From IMG/VR virus record IMGVR_UViG_3300044797_000185, positions 32,001-96,000 of that record: a stretch of 64,000 bases of DNA. One strand, given 5' to 3'. The position numbers and the translations under genes are program-made. The stretch is from a virus. Shown here piece after piece: positions 63,861 through 64,000 of this stretch (positions are counted from its first letter, which is position 1; every line of letters starts with the position of its first letter). The notes under the pieces were generated by a model. It was not told the DNA's origin. It saw only the letters and a program-made list of their open reading frames with translations, and did no database searches.

Positions 63861-64000
63861 AAGCATCTGATTATCAACTTTGGTCTGATCGTACTGCTCT
63901 TTATCCTAAAGACGCAGGAGTTATTTATACTACTATCGGTCTTGCTAATGAGGCAGGAGAAGTTCTTGGAGTTGTTAAAAAAATGATGCGGGATGATGGA
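63857..64000 (+). CDS. mazG: MazG-like nucleotide pyrophosphohydrolase (3'-truncated by window)
   Basis: DYQ..TALYP..Y..IGLANEAGEV..VKK..RD. Confidence 0.85.
   Translation, partial: MKASDYQLWSDRTALYPKDAGVIYTTIGLANEAGEVLGVVKKMMRDDG

Noticed and set aside
1-64000. Diversity-generating retroelement behind the repeated tail segments
   Set aside because: No reverse transcriptase in the window, and the repeat pairs are identical or differ without an adenine-specific pattern.
1-64000. Alternative genetic code (stop-codon reassignment)
   Set aside because: Genes tile densely and full-length under the standard code, and TAA, TAG and TGA all end recognisable proteins.

Overview
A 64 kb slice of a large, AT-rich bacteriophage genome with a contractile (myovirus-type) tail. 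Essentially all genes lie on the + strand under the standard genetic code. About 1-28.5 kb is a virion module: fibre, neck, tail terminator, sheath, tube, G/GT chaperone with a -1 frameshift, tape measure, baseplate, further fibres, a C1A peptidase and a DUF5675 protein. About 28.5-43.5 kb is an accessory region driven by TTGACA-N17-TATACT promoters: Map, HNH nucleases, tRNAs, an SF2 helicase, a polysaccharide deacetylase/GT2 cassette, a BT1 transporter and a repeat protein. About 43.5-64 kb holds NAD and replication genes: a Prs-like + Nampt-like pair (NARP1 layout), DnaB, PPase, SSB, RecA, a macro domain, an AAA+ ATPase, Pth2, split SbcC plus SbcD, a UDG-PolA fusion and MazG. The most striking observations are: (1) three DUF3494-type ice-binding-like domains inserted into the tail sheath, a fibre and a baseplate wedge protein; (2) a promoter-driven, circularly permuted tRNA-like RNA (T arm, acceptor, D arm order); (3) a tRNA-Thr with a 28-nt hairpin insertion in its anticodon loop, next to a long-variable-arm tRNA-Ile(UAU); (4) a small beta module shuffled among four tail proteins with near-identical DNA; (5) a dispersed family of Cys/His miniproteins ending in NLxYLExxY; (6) homing endonucleases that appear to have duplicated and recoded the N-terminus of their neighbours. 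All family assignments come from motif recognition by eye; no database searches were run.
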